A stretch of DNA of 55,656 bases from Nitrospirota bacterium (GTDB lineage Bacteria; Nitrospirota; Thermodesulfovibrionia; Thermodesulfovibrionales; Dissulfurispiraceae): positions 1-55,656 of the forward strand of contig JBFLWF010000017.1 in the NCBI GenBank assembly GCA_040758355.1, written 5' to 3'. This document shows, piece by piece, positions 8,538-19,045 of this stretch. Numbering within the stretch: position 1 is the stretch's first letter; every line of letters begins with the position of its first letter. The notes under the pieces were generated by a model. The model was not told the DNA's origin and searched no databases. It was given only the letters and a program-made list of their open reading frames with translations. A program made the translations under genes and the position numbers.

Positions 8538-8565
8538 AACTCCCTGCAGCAAGCTGCAGGGAGTT
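8538..8565. repeat. REP-like palindrome
   Basis: AACTCCCTGCAGC-AA-GCTGCAGGGAGTT; related copy at 55426-55446. Confidence 0.7.
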
Positions 8566-8641
8566 CGCTTGCTATCCATTTATTGCAGATATGCCAGCAA
8601 ACTGTTAGTATTGAAGTAATTCGGATATAAAAGGTGTTCTT

Positions 8642-10072
8642 ATGTTTTTTGGGATAGAAAGATGGCTCGTCGGAGGATTGATAGGGGCAATAATAGGGGC
8701 ATTTATTGCCATTATTGCAATCGCCCTGATATTTTTCATATCTGAATACAGAAGGCAAAAGACATACAAGGGTAAGATTTTGAGCCGCCTCGACACAGCC
8801 GATATGCTACTTCAGGAAAACATGCCCATCGATGCACTGGCAATATATACAGATATACTTAAAGATGTATCACGAGAAAAGGATCCGGAAACTTACTCTC
8901 TTATCAAAAACAGCGAGGGCAGGTGTTACTATAATCTATCCTTCAGGAAAAACAAGTCAGAGAATATCCTGAAAGCAATAGAATGTTACGAGGAATCCAT
9001 CAGATTTATTAATCCACAAAAATTCCCTGAAAATTATGCCCTTACGAATTACAACCTCGGCAATACCTATATGAAGCTATCGGAGTTTTATGAAACAGAG
9101 AAGTCCCTTAATAAAGCGGTGAATGCATTTAGAGAGTCCCTCAAAATCTACATGCTGGATAAGCACCCTGCGAATTATGCGGTTATGCAAAGTAATCTAT
9201 GCAGCGCATACATCACTCTTGCCGGATTTAAAGACACAGGGGAAAATCTCATTAAGGCAGTAAGTGCATGCGAGGACTCATTGAAGGTATATACGGTTGA
9301 CAGGTACCCTGTGAATTATGCAGCGGTGCAAACCAATCTTGGTTCTGCATACATGGGTCTTGCCGAGTTTCATAATAAGGAAGATTGTATTTCAAATGCT
9401 ATAAGCGCATATAAATCATCTCTTAGTATATATACTGTTGATAAATATCCTGCAGAATTTGCAAAGGCACATAAAAATATCGGTAATGCCTGCAAATCCC
9501 TTTCAGAACTCCAGCGTAAAGAGGACAACTTGATCAATGCGGTCGCAGCATATAACGAGGCGCTCAGGGTTTATTCCTTGGGCAATCTTCCTTATGATTA
9601 CGCAGAAACAATGAAGGATCTCGGCGATGCTTATAAGGCCTTTGCACAGGTCAGTAACGAATACGAAAACCTCCTTAAATCAGTACAGTCATATTCAGAT
9701 GCCCTCAGAGTATATACTATTAATGAACACCCTCTTGAATTTTCCTCGATACAGCAAAGCGTCGGAGATGCTTATGCAATGCTGTTTAATGCCAAGGATG
9801 AAGAAGAATACCTGATCAATGGCATCAATGCCTATTTAGAATCGCTGAAGGTTAAAACAATCACCGATTATCCGAAGGACTATGCTTTATTACAACATAA
9901 TCTCGGAAGCGCATACAGAAGCCTTGCAAAACTAAGGGATGCAACGGACAACCTCAGCAAGGCAGAGCAGGCATATACCGAGGCGCTGAAGGTTTACACC
10001 TTCGAGGACTTTCCATTAGAACACAGGGCAGTGGCGCTGGAACTGGAGAAGATGAGGCGGACGGTCTCGTAG
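8642..10072 (+). CDS. Membrane-anchored tetratricopeptide-repeat protein
   Basis: N-terminal TM helix; about nine repeats of YTxxxYPxxYA...NLGxAY. Confidence 0.85.
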   Translation: MFFGIERWLVGGLIGAIIGAFIAIIAIALIFFISEYRRQKTYKGKILSRLDTADMLLQENMPIDALAIYTDILKDVSREKDPETYSLIKNSEGRCYYNLSFRKNKSENILKAIECYEESIRFINPQKFPENYALTNYNLGNTYMKLSEFYETEKSLNKAVNAFRESLKIYMLDKHPANYAVMQSNLCSAYITLAGFKDTGENLIKAVSACEDSLKVYTVDRYPVNYAAVQTNLGSAYMGLAEFHNKEDCISNAISAYKSSLSIYTVDKYPAEFAKAHKNIGNACKSLSELQRKEDNLINAVAAYNEALRVYSLGNLPYDYAETMKDLGDAYKAFAQVSNEYENLLKSVQSYSDALRVYTINEHPLEFSSIQQSVGDAYAMLFNAKDEEEYLINGINAYLESLKVKTITDYPKDYALLQHNLGSAYRSLAKLRDATDNLSKAEQAYTEALKVYTFEDFPLEHRAVALELEKMRRTVS

Positions 10073-12430
10073 CTAATAAAGGAGATACTTCTCCCTCAGC
10101 CTCATGAACTGTTCAAGGGAGCCCTGATAGTTCATGACAATGGATTGAGGGTCACTGCCGTTTTTTATGTCTTGCAGGACACTGCGTGCACCGATAAGCC
10201 ACAGCGTCTTGTCGATCTGGAAATCAATTGGATAAAGCTTATAAAGTGCACTAACTATCTCGATTCCCAACGCTGTGGAATCCAGTGCCCGGCGGTCAAA
10301 GAGAATAATTTTCACGCCCTGGCACAAACGGTTCTTATAAGTGCTGGTGCCAGGAGTAAAATGCACAGGCATAAACCTTACCCCCTTAATTCCACGGTTA
10401 TTCAAATAATCCGCGAGTTCTTCAGCATTAATCCATGGAGCGCCGAAAACCTCGAAGGGCGTATCGGTTCCGCGTCCTACACTCACATTTGCACCTTCAA
10501 CCATTGCCACGCCAGGGTAAAGGATGGCCTGTTTTAAACTGCGAAGATTCGGTGATGGATTCACCCATTTCTTGCTAATCTCGTCAAACCAATAATTCCT
10601 GTCGTAACCGCGCATTTTTATAACATGGAGGTTTGCGCCGATGCTATCTTCTCTATTGAACATCTCTGCAAGTTCACCAACGGTCATGCCGTGCCTGACA
10701 GGCATGGGAAAATAGCCTGTAAACGACCTCATATCCATATCCATGACAGGTCCCTGAACAAGGGAGGCATTGATGGGATTGGGCCTGTCAAGGACATAGA
10801 AGCCAATGCTTTTTTTTGCAGCAGCCTCCATTGCATACCCCATTGTGGTTATGTAGGTATAGAACCTGACGCCTGCATCCTGGATATCAAAGACCATGGC
10901 ATCGATATCTTCGAGCATCTTTTCAGTAGGTCTTCTTACATCGCCGTAGAGGCTGTAAACAGGCAATCCTGTAATATAGTCTTTTGTGGAGGCGACCTTT
11001 TCATCTGCCTTGCCATGCAGTCCATGCTCAGGACTGAATATTGCTGTCAGCTTAACGCCCGGCGCCTTATAGAGCAGGTCGAGGGTACGCCGTCCTGCCG
11101 AGTCCAGTCCGGAATGATTGGTGATGAGTCCAACCCTCAGACCGGCGAGGGATGAGAAGTTCTCTGAAATAAGCACATCGATCCCGGTCATTACATTTGT
11201 ATTGTTTGCAGCCTGCGCCTTGTAATTCCTTATCCTCTCATAATAGCCTGCAAGGGATGGACGACTGGCTATGATCTGCTCTGCTGAAACAGCGCCGATG
11301 GCATCGGAGACAGCAGCCTTTATCTGTGTCCTCAATGCCTTCACATCCCCTTTTCCATTTGGGTGTACACGGTTGGTTAATACAATCACATATATCCTTG
11401 ATACAGGGTCTATCCAGATGGACGTGCCTGTATAACCCAAATGTCCATAGGCTCCGACAGGGAACAAATCACTGCGGTTAGAGGCGAGGGGCGCTTCCAT
11501 ATCCCAGCCAAAGCCTCGCAGTTTCTTATTTGGCGGCGATTGCGGTACAGTCATCCTCTCGATGGTTTCTGATTTAAGTATTCTCTTGCCATTGCAGATT
11601 CCTTCGTTCAATAGCATTTGTGCAAAAATGGAAAGGTCATCTGCGGTAGAGAAGATGCCTGCATGGCCTGCCACACCGCCCATGTTATAGCATGTGGGGT
11701 CATGCGCCTCTCCACGTAGAATATTCCCGTTGCAATACTCGGTAGGTGCTATGCGATCACGCATAACAGGGGAAGGTTTAAAGCCCGTATCCTTCATTCC
11801 GAGTGGTCTGAAGATATTCTTCTCGCAATATTTATCAATAGTGCTGCCGGTAATCCTCCGGACAATCTCTCCAAGGATCTCGAAATTAATGTCGCTGTAG
11901 ATAAAATGGGTACCGGGCGGAAACAGTGGCTTTTCCCTGAGTATCATCTTCATGGCTGTCCCGTATCCCTTCCACTTCGGCTTCAGCTTGAGGTCAGGCC
12001 GCAGTCCAGAATAGTGCGTAAGGAGATGCCGCACAGTGATATGTTTCTTGCCCTTTGCCTTAAATGCAGGCCAGTATTTATAAACCGGTGCATCTATGCT
12101 TATCTTACCTTTTTCCATTAACTGCATCACAGCGGTCGTGGTTGCAACGACCTTGGTAAGGGATGCCACATCAAAGATAGCATCTTCTGTCATGGGCAGT
12201 TTTTCAGGCTCAAGGGAACGGTAGCCGAAGGCGCGGCGATAGATGACATTATCAGGAGTTCCTATCAATACAACAGCACCGGGTATATTGCCTGCCTGTA
12301 TCTCCCTTTCAACAATATCCTGAATGGAAGCGAACCCATCTTCCCTCAATTCAGCGTGAGCGGATGTTAAAACTGCAATAAATGAGACAAGAACAAAGGC
12401 TGATAGTCTTCCTCTTTTAGCCAGAGCCAT
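10073..12430 (-). CDS. Serine hydrolase (beta-lactamase/PBP class C) fused to DUF1343/NamZ-like exo-beta-N-acetylmuramidase
   Basis: ASLTK, HLLTHYSGL, YSD and GHLGYTG motifs; then GLITNHSG, FSPEHG, FDIQDAGVRFYTY, DRPNPI, PSPNL. Start uncertain (12430 or 12493). Confidence 0.88.
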   Translation of the reverse strand: MALAKRGRLSAFVLVSFIAVLTSAHAELREDGFASIQDIVEREIQAGNIPGAVVLIGTPDNVIYRRAFGYRSLEPEKLPMTEDAIFDVASLTKVVATTTAVMQLMEKGKISIDAPVYKYWPAFKAKGKKHITVRHLLTHYSGLRPDLKLKPKWKGYGTAMKMILREKPLFPPGTHFIYSDINFEILGEIVRRITGSTIDKYCEKNIFRPLGMKDTGFKPSPVMRDRIAPTEYCNGNILRGEAHDPTCYNMGGVAGHAGIFSTADDLSIFAQMLLNEGICNGKRILKSETIERMTVPQSPPNKKLRGFGWDMEAPLASNRSDLFPVGAYGHLGYTGTSIWIDPVSRIYVIVLTNRVHPNGKGDVKALRTQIKAAVSDAIGAVSAEQIIASRPSLAGYYERIRNYKAQAANNTNVMTGIDVLISENFSSLAGLRVGLITNHSGLDSAGRRTLDLLYKAPGVKLTAIFSPEHGLHGKADEKVASTKDYITGLPVYSLYGDVRRPTEKMLEDIDAMVFDIQDAGVRFYTYITTMGYAMEAAAKKSIGFYVLDRPNPINASLVQGPVMDMDMRSFTGYFPMPVRHGMTVGELAEMFNREDSIGANLHVIKMRGYDRNYWFDEISKKWVNPSPNLRSLKQAILYPGVAMVEGANVSVGRGTDTPFEVFGAPWINAEELADYLNNRGIKGVRFMPVHFTPGTSTYKNRLCQGVKIILFDRRALDSTALGIEIVSALYKLYPIDFQIDKTLWLIGARSVLQDIKNGSDPQSIVMNYQGSLEQFMRLREKYLLY

Positions 12431-13730
12431 TTGATTTTTCCCTGCCCTTTGAAAGCGTGGACTTTCTCTGCAAACCATCCGGTGTATAGACATTTCTGGG
12501 GTTCCAGAGCATCCAGCCGTTGGAGCCGAACTCCTCTGCAGCCTTTATCTGGTCCCTTATCTCCTGTCCTGTGAAGTGCCGCCTGTCAAAGGCATAGTCC
12601 CTGAATGCCTGAAGCCAGGGCCTGAACCTGACAGGAGGGATCTGTGTCCGCTCCTGCGACCTCTTCAGTGAAAGGGATACTATCTTATAAGGATTTGCAA
12701 CAGGATTCCTGTAGCCCGGTATCCCGAACTGGAATCCCGATGGATAAAGCATCAGGGAAATATAATCAACGCAAGGCACGATATTCTCGATCTTTTGCCC
12801 TATCTGTGTATCGTTGAGGTTCCATGCAACATAACCGAAGATATCGGCGCCGAGAAAGACATTGTACGGTGTAAGCCTCTTCCTCGCCTCCATTAGAAAA
12901 CCGGAAATAGTCTTCACCCTGTTCTCCTCTGTGTTGGGCATGGAGAATTTAAGCCCGCTCTTATCAGGGAAACGCACATAGTCGAACTGTATCTCATCAA
13001 AGCCTTGCTGGGCAGCCTCTACTGCTATGTTGATATTGTAGTCCCAGACCTCTCTCCTGAAAGGGTCGACCCATATGAGATTCTCCCTGTCCCTCCATAC
13101 ATCTCCGTCCTGTGTCCTGATAGTTAAATCGGGCCTCGCGGTACCGAGGGTGTTGTCCTTGAACACAACAATCCTCGCAATGGTGTATATGCCCTTCTCC
13201 TTGAGGGATTTTATGAGGCCCTTTATATCCTTCACGATGATCAATTTCTGTGCGCCTATTTCAGACGCAAGTGGGATAGAGCTCTTATAAGTTATCATTC
13301 CCCTGTCACCCTTCACATCTATGACAAAGGCATTAAGTTCGGTCTCCTCGACAAGCTTGAGGGCCGATTCTCTCAGCGTCCTGTCCCCTATTCCGTAAAA
13401 TGTGAGGTAAAGGGCCTTTGGTGTGAAAGGCCTCAATCGTATCTCAAGGGATGGCGTAAACAAGGAGGATGTAACAGCCTGCTCTGCCCTCATGTATCCG
13501 TACGCCCTGACTGTAACTTTGTTTCCTGTGCCTTTAAGAGTGAACTTGCCGCTTTCGTCTGTCTGTGTCACCTCGTTGTTCATGGTAACAAATGCGCCGC
13601 TTACGGGCCTCTGTGTGACTGAATCAATTGCCCTGCCAGTAACATATCCCATTGCATATACGGGTAATGATAAGAAAAGTAATACCATCAAACATAGTGA
13701 GAACCTTCTGTAACTCTTGTTCGTTGCCAT
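12417..13730 (-). CDS. Putative glycoside hydrolase (DUF4015-like) with N-terminal carboxypeptidase-regulatory-like domain
   Basis: Signal peptide; ELNAFVIDVKGDRG, GFDEIQFDYVRFP, MLYPS, RPWLQAF, WMLWNP. Confidence 0.8.
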   Translation of the reverse strand: MATNKSYRRFSLCLMVLLFLSLPVYAMGYVTGRAIDSVTQRPVSGAFVTMNNEVTQTDESGKFTLKGTGNKVTVRAYGYMRAEQAVTSSLFTPSLEIRLRPFTPKALYLTFYGIGDRTLRESALKLVEETELNAFVIDVKGDRGMITYKSSIPLASEIGAQKLIIVKDIKGLIKSLKEKGIYTIARIVVFKDNTLGTARPDLTIRTQDGDVWRDRENLIWVDPFRREVWDYNINIAVEAAQQGFDEIQFDYVRFPDKSGLKFSMPNTEENRVKTISGFLMEARKRLTPYNVFLGADIFGYVAWNLNDTQIGQKIENIVPCVDYISLMLYPSGFQFGIPGYRNPVANPYKIVSLSLKRSQERTQIPPVRFRPWLQAFRDYAFDRRHFTGQEIRDQIKAAEEFGSNGWMLWNPRNVYTPDGLQRKSTLSKGREKSNGSG

Positions 13731-13737
13731 TTTCACC

Positions 13738-14502
13738 TCAATTGGAAATATGTCCGTTTATTATATTCTCAAATGCCTTGCCCTTATCTGCATTTGTCAT
13801 AAGATAACGCGGAAGCGCCATGATTGCGTCGGAAGTGCTTGTATGATGCCTCTCTATGGTAAATGCCGCAATATACCCTGCCATGGCGGCCTTTGCAGCA
13901 AGATATTCGTCATGGATGCCGAAGGGCCATGCGAGCATATCCACTTTATTGCCGAGTTCCCTTTCCAGCCTTTCCTTTGATTTTTTCAGCTGCATATCAA
14001 CAAACTTTTCATACTCGGCAGGATTAAGTTTCTTTTTGTCCTTCTTGAAATTTGGATGCCAGTAAGTGTGTGACTGGAGATCAAAGAGACCTGTCTTTTT
14101 AAGTTCCTTTATCTGCTCCCATGTCATGGCATATGATGCATTTGATATGGCAGATGGATAGAGGAAAAGAGTAACCGGAATGCGGTATTTCTTTATAAGG
14201 GGAAGCATATCCGTATAGACCGATTTATGCCCGTCATCGACAACAATCACCACAGAGCGATGGGGAGGCATTGGCCCCTTTCCGAGGATATAATCCACAA
14301 GCTGCCTGAGGGGGATTACGGTATAGCCGTTGTCTTTGAGATATTTTAGGTGCGACTCAAAGGCAGAAGTTATAACTGTCATGCTATCGCTCACTTCATG
14401 ACCGAATCTGTGGTACAGGAGAATAGGGGTTCCTCCGTCTGCTGAAGACAAACATAACAGTAGAAAAACGATGACGAATAAGCCCGATACGCTCTTTCTC
14501 AT
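13738..14502 (-). CDS. Polysaccharide deacetylase (CE4)
   Basis: PILLYHRF, VDDG, QSHTYWH, AWPFG. Confidence 0.9.
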   Translation of the reverse strand: MRKSVSGLFVIVFLLLCLSSADGGTPILLYHRFGHEVSDSMTVITSAFESHLKYLKDNGYTVIPLRQLVDYILGKGPMPPHRSVVIVVDDGHKSVYTDMLPLIKKYRIPVTLFLYPSAISNASYAMTWEQIKELKKTGLFDLQSHTYWHPNFKKDKKKLNPAEYEKFVDMQLKKSKERLERELGNKVDMLAWPFGIHDEYLAAKAAMAGYIAAFTIERHHTSTSDAIMALPRYLMTNADKGKAFENIINGHISN

Positions 14503-14683
14503 GGGTAACTGTTCATACTATTTACTTTAAATTTACCTCATATCCTGACATTTTTCAAAGGTTTATTTTTCTTTATCGGAGAACAGTCACCCATCTTAAG
14601 GCACTTGATTAAAAGATTTACTGGTGGAGCTAAAGTAAATCATGTTAATATAAAAAAGTCCGAAGGGAATACAGTTCTGAATT

Positions 14684-15703
14684 ATGCAAAATGTTTTTGA
14701 AAAAGAATTGAGAAAAGCCGACAACGACAGCCGGGATAAAGAATGGCAGTCCCTCTCTCTGGGCAGTTTGACCCGCCTTCCCTATCCTTCAAACCTGATA
14801 CTGGATATACATTCTTACTGCAATGCATCCTGTAAGACATGCCCTTACCATGACCTGTCAAAAGATTTAACCATGGGCATAATGGAGGAGGGCCTCTTTA
14901 AAAAGATCATAGATGAATTTTCTTCCATCGTCAAAAAATATCCTATACGCGGGCATGTGTTGTTCTGCAATATGGGTGAACTGTTCATAGACCCGAATGT
15001 CTTTGAGAAAATTTCCTATGTACTCAACTCCGGCTTGAAACTGGTCATCCAGACAAATGCCTTTCTATTGACGCCGGAACGTACCGACAGATTAATCTCC
15101 ACCGGCTTTCAGGGCCCGATTTACATAAGCTGCCACGGCATTACCCCCAAGGTTTACAGGCAAGTAATGGGATTGGATATCAATAAAACACTTAAGAATA
15201 TTGATTATTTAATAGAACATTATCCGAAGGAACGCATTCAGATACGCGCCATTCCTTACAAATGGCCGATTGGAGAGGTGATTAAGGTAAAAAGATACTG
15301 GAAAGAAAGGGGCATACGCGTAAAGATATTCCTGCCCAATTCCCGCACCGGCCTCGTGCCTGACTGCTCTTCATGGAACCTGAAATATCCCGGTGAAAAA
15401 CTTAAAGGATGCAAAAAAACCCTGCCATTGAGAGACATGGTGGTGAGCTTCGATGGAGATGCTGTCCTGTGCTGCGAGGATATGGGAAGAAGGGCTGTCC
15501 TTGGCAACCTAAAAGAGAGCTCCGTTCAGGAGGTCTGGAACTCTGAAAGGGCAAAGGACATCCTCGAAAAGATCTTCCTGGGAAAGCCGAGCGAGCGGGA
15601 TTTCATATGCAAGACATGCGAATTCGGGGTCTCAACGCCTCTCAAGAAAATTATCAGGACCATAGACAATGAATGGCACCGCCTCCTGAAGTGCTATGTG
15701 TAG
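14684..15703 (+). CDS. Radical SAM/SPASM-domain protein
   Basis: CNASCKTC; SPASM C...DGDAVLCCED...LGNL...CKTC. Confidence 0.88.
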   Translation: MQNVFEKELRKADNDSRDKEWQSLSLGSLTRLPYPSNLILDIHSYCNASCKTCPYHDLSKDLTMGIMEEGLFKKIIDEFSSIVKKYPIRGHVLFCNMGELFIDPNVFEKISYVLNSGLKLVIQTNAFLLTPERTDRLISTGFQGPIYISCHGITPKVYRQVMGLDINKTLKNIDYLIEHYPKERIQIRAIPYKWPIGEVIKVKRYWKERGIRVKIFLPNSRTGLVPDCSSWNLKYPGEKLKGCKKTLPLRDMVVSFDGDAVLCCEDMGRRAVLGNLKESSVQEVWNSERAKDILEKIFLGKPSERDFICKTCEFGVSTPLKKIIRTIDNEWHRLLKCYV

Positions 15704-15931
15704 TTAAACCGCCTCAACAGCCTTTAATTCAGGAATAGCCTTTTTCATTTCCGCCTCTATACCGCCTTTTAGTGTCATTATGGACATTGGGCATGTACCG
15801 CATGCGCCAACGAGTTTCACCTTGACGATGTTCTCGTCGGTTATATCCACAAGCTCCACATCACCGCCGTCCCTCCTGAGATACGGCCTTATCCTGTTTA
15901 TCACCTCTTCAACCTTTGTCCTGTCAAGCAT
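15704..15931 (-). CDS. NifU/Nfu-domain Fe-S carrier protein
   Basis: IRPYLRRDGGDVELV...GACGTCPMS. Confidence 0.92.
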   Translation of the reverse strand: MLDRTKVEEVINRIRPYLRRDGGDVELVDITDENIVKVKLVGACGTCPMSIMTLKGGIEAEMKKAIPELKAVEAV

Positions 15932-16044
15932 GACAACCTCCTTTTGATAGTTTCTATCTATATTTTAAAACAAAAACAAAAAACATAAATGATTTAAATC
16001 ATACCAGACTCCATAAGGGAAACAAAAAGGTTTATAATAGATGT

Positions 16045-16533
16045 ATGAAACGATTAGGCATTCTGTCTTTAATCCTTCTGATACTATTAATCTCCGGCTG
16101 CGCCCATGTGGTGTCCCAGGAGTTAAGGGACAGGGCTGAAAAGGAGATAGCACCAATCGATGTCATGAAAGACCCTGATGCATACAAAGGAAGGACTGTC
16201 ATCCTCGGCGGTGTTATTGCCAGTTCAATAAATATGAAGGAAGGCACTTATATCGAAGTGGTTCAGAAACCTCTGGACTATCGCGGAAGGCCTGAGGATA
16301 CGGATATATCCCACGGCAGGTTTATCATTTTGTACGAAGGCTATCTCGATACCGCCATTTATTCCCAGGGGAGGGAGGTAACCGTGGCAGGGGAAGTGAT
16401 GGGCAAGATGGTGCGTCCCCTCGGCCAGATACAATACCAGTACTTATTGATAAAGAGCAAAGAACTCCATATATTTGAGCCTCGATACGTCGTGCCTATA
16501 AGGTTTGGAATAGGGATATGGCACACGTTTTAA
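16045..16533 (+). CDS. Slp-family outer-membrane lipoprotein
   Basis: Lipobox LISGC; VILGGVI, GRF, GYLD, VTVAGEV. Confidence 0.88.
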   Translation: MKRLGILSLILLILLISGCAHVVSQELRDRAEKEIAPIDVMKDPDAYKGRTVILGGVIASSINMKEGTYIEVVQKPLDYRGRPEDTDISHGRFIILYEGYLDTAIYSQGREVTVAGEVMGKMVRPLGQIQYQYLLIKSKELHIFEPRYVVPIRFGIGIWHTF

Positions 16534-16547
16534 TGATATAATTCTAC

Positions 16548-16832
16548 ATGGCTGACGAAACTAAAACCTCTGTACTGGATTATCCCTCAACATTTGTAAT
16601 AGAGCCGTGGAATGTCATCCTCCTGAATGACGACTGGCATACATTTGACGAGGTGATCCTGCAGCTCGTCAAGGCCATAAAGTGCAGTCCTCAGAAGGCA
16701 TCAGGGATCGCACTCGAGGCGCATGCAACCGGAGAGGCTGTTTGTTACTCAGGGCCAAAGGAGCGATGCGAGCACGTGGCATCCATCCTCGAAGAAATAG
16801 AACTCGGGGTGAGAATAGAAAGGGCAGTTTAA
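16548..16832 (+). CDS. clpS: ATP-dependent Clp protease adaptor ClpS
   Basis: WNVILLNDDWHTFDEV...EAHATGEA. Confidence 0.88.
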   Translation: MADETKTSVLDYPSTFVIEPWNVILLNDDWHTFDEVILQLVKAIKCSPQKASGIALEAHATGEAVCYSGPKERCEHVASILEEIELGVRIERAV

Positions 16833-16843
16833 AAATCAAATAA

Positions 16844-17461
16844 ATGGAGATGGATATGAGAAAGTCAAAAATCATTCTTTTGTTATTAAGCATGTTTATT
16901 GCTTTTACGGCTTTAATCGCCGAAGGGGCAGATATCACGGTTTATTTCAACAGGGGCAACAGTTATTTCAATGATGGCAAATACGACAGGGCTATCAGGG
17001 AATACGATATGGTCATTTCCGAAGACCCGAATTTTACCGATGCCTATTACAACCGCGGCCTCGCATATTACAGAAAGGGGAATTATGACGAGGCAATTTC
17101 GGATTTCAATAAGGTAATAGCTACAGAGCCGAAGGATGCTGATATTTATCATCTCCGCGGCCTTGCATACTATAAGAAAGGCAACTACAACAAGACTATC
17201 GAGGATGAGACCAAGGCCATTGCAATAAATCCCAATTTCGCCGATGCGCATCACAACCGCGGCATTGCCTATGCTAAAAAGGGACAGCATGATGAGGCAA
17301 TTGAGGATTATAACAAGGCTATCTCCATAAGGCCGAATTATATGGAGGCTTATTTTTCCAGAGGTGTTGCCTATACAAGAAAGGCATCCTCGGATTTCAA
17401 GAAGGCATGCGAGATGGGGATGCAGTACGCATGCGACAACCTGAAGCAGCTTTCCGAATGA
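16844..17461 (+). CDS. Secreted TPR protein
   Basis: Signal peptide; AYYNRGLAY repeats; C-terminal ACEMG...AC. Confidence 0.9.
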   Translation: MEMDMRKSKIILLLLSMFIAFTALIAEGADITVYFNRGNSYFNDGKYDRAIREYDMVISEDPNFTDAYYNRGLAYYRKGNYDEAISDFNKVIATEPKDADIYHLRGLAYYKKGNYNKTIEDETKAIAINPNFADAHHNRGIAYAKKGQHDEAIEDYNKAISIRPNYMEAYFSRGVAYTRKASSDFKKACEMGMQYACDNLKQLSE

Positions 17462-17464
17462 TCG

Positions 17465-18388
17465 ATGAACCACAGACCCCTTATCCTTTTCGGCGGCAAA
17501 GGCGGAGTTGGCAAGACCACCTGTTCTGCTGCCGTGGCAGTACAACTGGCATCCTCGGGCCAGAAGACCATTATCATCACATCGGATATGACCCCTTCCC
17601 TCTCCGATATACTTGAAGAAGATATAGGCGATACTATCAGGGCAGTGGATAAAAATCTCGATGCCATCGAGATAAGTCAGGACTCAATCATGGACAGATG
17701 GAAAAAGAAATTCGGCCCTGATTTTTATGACATCCTGTCCCATCTCATAGATGTGGAAGGCCTGGACAGCGAATCAAGACATCAACTCCTCGATTATATC
17801 GGCTCTGCTCCTTCATTGAGAGAGGAGACCATGCTCGACCTCATCGTGGACATAGCTAAAAGCGGCAAATACGACAGGATTGTCTGGGATACCTCGCCTG
17901 CAGGAGAGACATTAAACCTCATCAATATGCCGAAATACATAAGAAGGCATCTCAGGGCAGGCGCAAGGGTCTTTGAGGGGCTTGATAAGATAGGCAAGCA
18001 GATTATCGGCAAGAGGTCTATTGCCGATATCATGGATGAATGGATCCTCATATCAGAAGGCATTTCCAATTTTATCCATGAAAAGTCAACATTCATCATC
18101 GTTGCCAATCCAGAGTCCCTCGTTGTCAAACAGGTGCACAGAATCATGGATACCCTCAGATGCTACGATATCGATATCCACGGCATGATAATAAACAGGG
18201 TCATAGAAGATGCAGACTCTGAATCGCTCAAGGTCATGAGGAAAATTCAAGAGAAATACCTATTGGAACTAAAGGGCATGGCAAAAGGCATGTCTGTTGC
18301 AATTCTTCCACTTTCGCTGAAAGAGATTAAAGGCAAAAAGGCATTGAAAGAGATCGGGGAATTGTTGTTAAAGGAACTCGAACTTTAA
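17465..18388 (+). CDS. ArsA/GET3-family ATPase (single domain)
   Basis: GGKGGVGKTT, WDTSPAGETL. Confidence 0.88.
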   Translation: MNHRPLILFGGKGGVGKTTCSAAVAVQLASSGQKTIIITSDMTPSLSDILEEDIGDTIRAVDKNLDAIEISQDSIMDRWKKKFGPDFYDILSHLIDVEGLDSESRHQLLDYIGSAPSLREETMLDLIVDIAKSGKYDRIVWDTSPAGETLNLINMPKYIRRHLRAGARVFEGLDKIGKQIIGKRSIADIMDEWILISEGISNFIHEKSTFIIVANPESLVVKQVHRIMDTLRCYDIDIHGMIINRVIEDADSESLKVMRKIQEKYLLELKGMAKGMSVAILPLSLKEIKGKKALKEIGELLLKELEL

Positions 18389-18450
18389 TTTGATAATTGA
18401 TGCGTTTAATGAGTAAACTACTGCATTAAAAATCATATCTTGGAGGCTTT

Positions 18451-19044
18451 ATGAGATTCTTCAAAACAGGCTTTTTATTGAGTTTAATGTTGATGATTGC
18501 TGCATCTGCATATGCTGATATGAAATACAAAAAATTCAAAAAAGAGGAGATTAAGAAAATGGCTGAAACAAGGGCTGTTATCGAGACAAAATTCGGGAAT
18601 ATGGAGATCAGGTTCTTTCCTGACGCTGCGCCTAATCATGTGAACAATTTCATCGAGCTCGCCAAAAAGGGATTTTATGACGGCACAACATTCCATCGTG
18701 TAATACCCGGTTTCATGATTCAGGGAGGAGACCCAAATTCAAAAGACCCTGACAAATCAAAGCACGGCATGGGAGGCCCTGGATATACGGTTAAGGCCGA
18801 GTTTAACGAAAAGCCTCATAAAAGGGGAATACTCTCGATGGCAAGGGCTGCACATCCTGACAGTGCAGGCTCTCAGTTTTTCATCTGCGTGGCAGACTCA
18901 TTTTTCCTCGACAGGCAATATACTGTATTCGGAGAGGTGGTTTCAGGAATGGAGGTGGCTGACAAGATAGTGAGCCAGCAGAGGGACAGGATGGACAATC
19001 CAATTGAGAGGATCGAGATGAAGGTAAAAATCATGGAGAAATAA
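18451..19044 (+). CDS. Cyclophilin-type peptidyl-prolyl isomerase
   Basis: FHRVIPGFMIQGGDP, SAGSQFFIC, YTVFGEV. Confidence 0.95.
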   Translation: MRFFKTGFLLSLMLMIAASAYADMKYKKFKKEEIKKMAETRAVIETKFGNMEIRFFPDAAPNHVNNFIELAKKGFYDGTTFHRVIPGFMIQGGDPNSKDPDKSKHGMGGPGYTVKAEFNEKPHKRGILSMARAAHPDSAGSQFFICVADSFFLDRQYTVFGEVVSGMEVADKIVSQQRDRMDNPIERIEMKVKIMEK

Positions 19045-19045
19045 A

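Noticed and set aside
10073..12430. Beta-lactam resistance gene
   Set aside because: The fold is shared by many serine hydrolases; the DUF1343 fusion and context point to cell-wall turnover.
14684..15703. RiPP cluster around the radical SAM/SPASM gene
   Set aside because: No adjacent precursor peptide, PqqD/RRE domain or transporter is visible.
17465..18388. Arsenic-resistance operon
   Set aside because: Single-domain ArsA-like ATPase with no arsB/acr3/arsC/arsR nearby.
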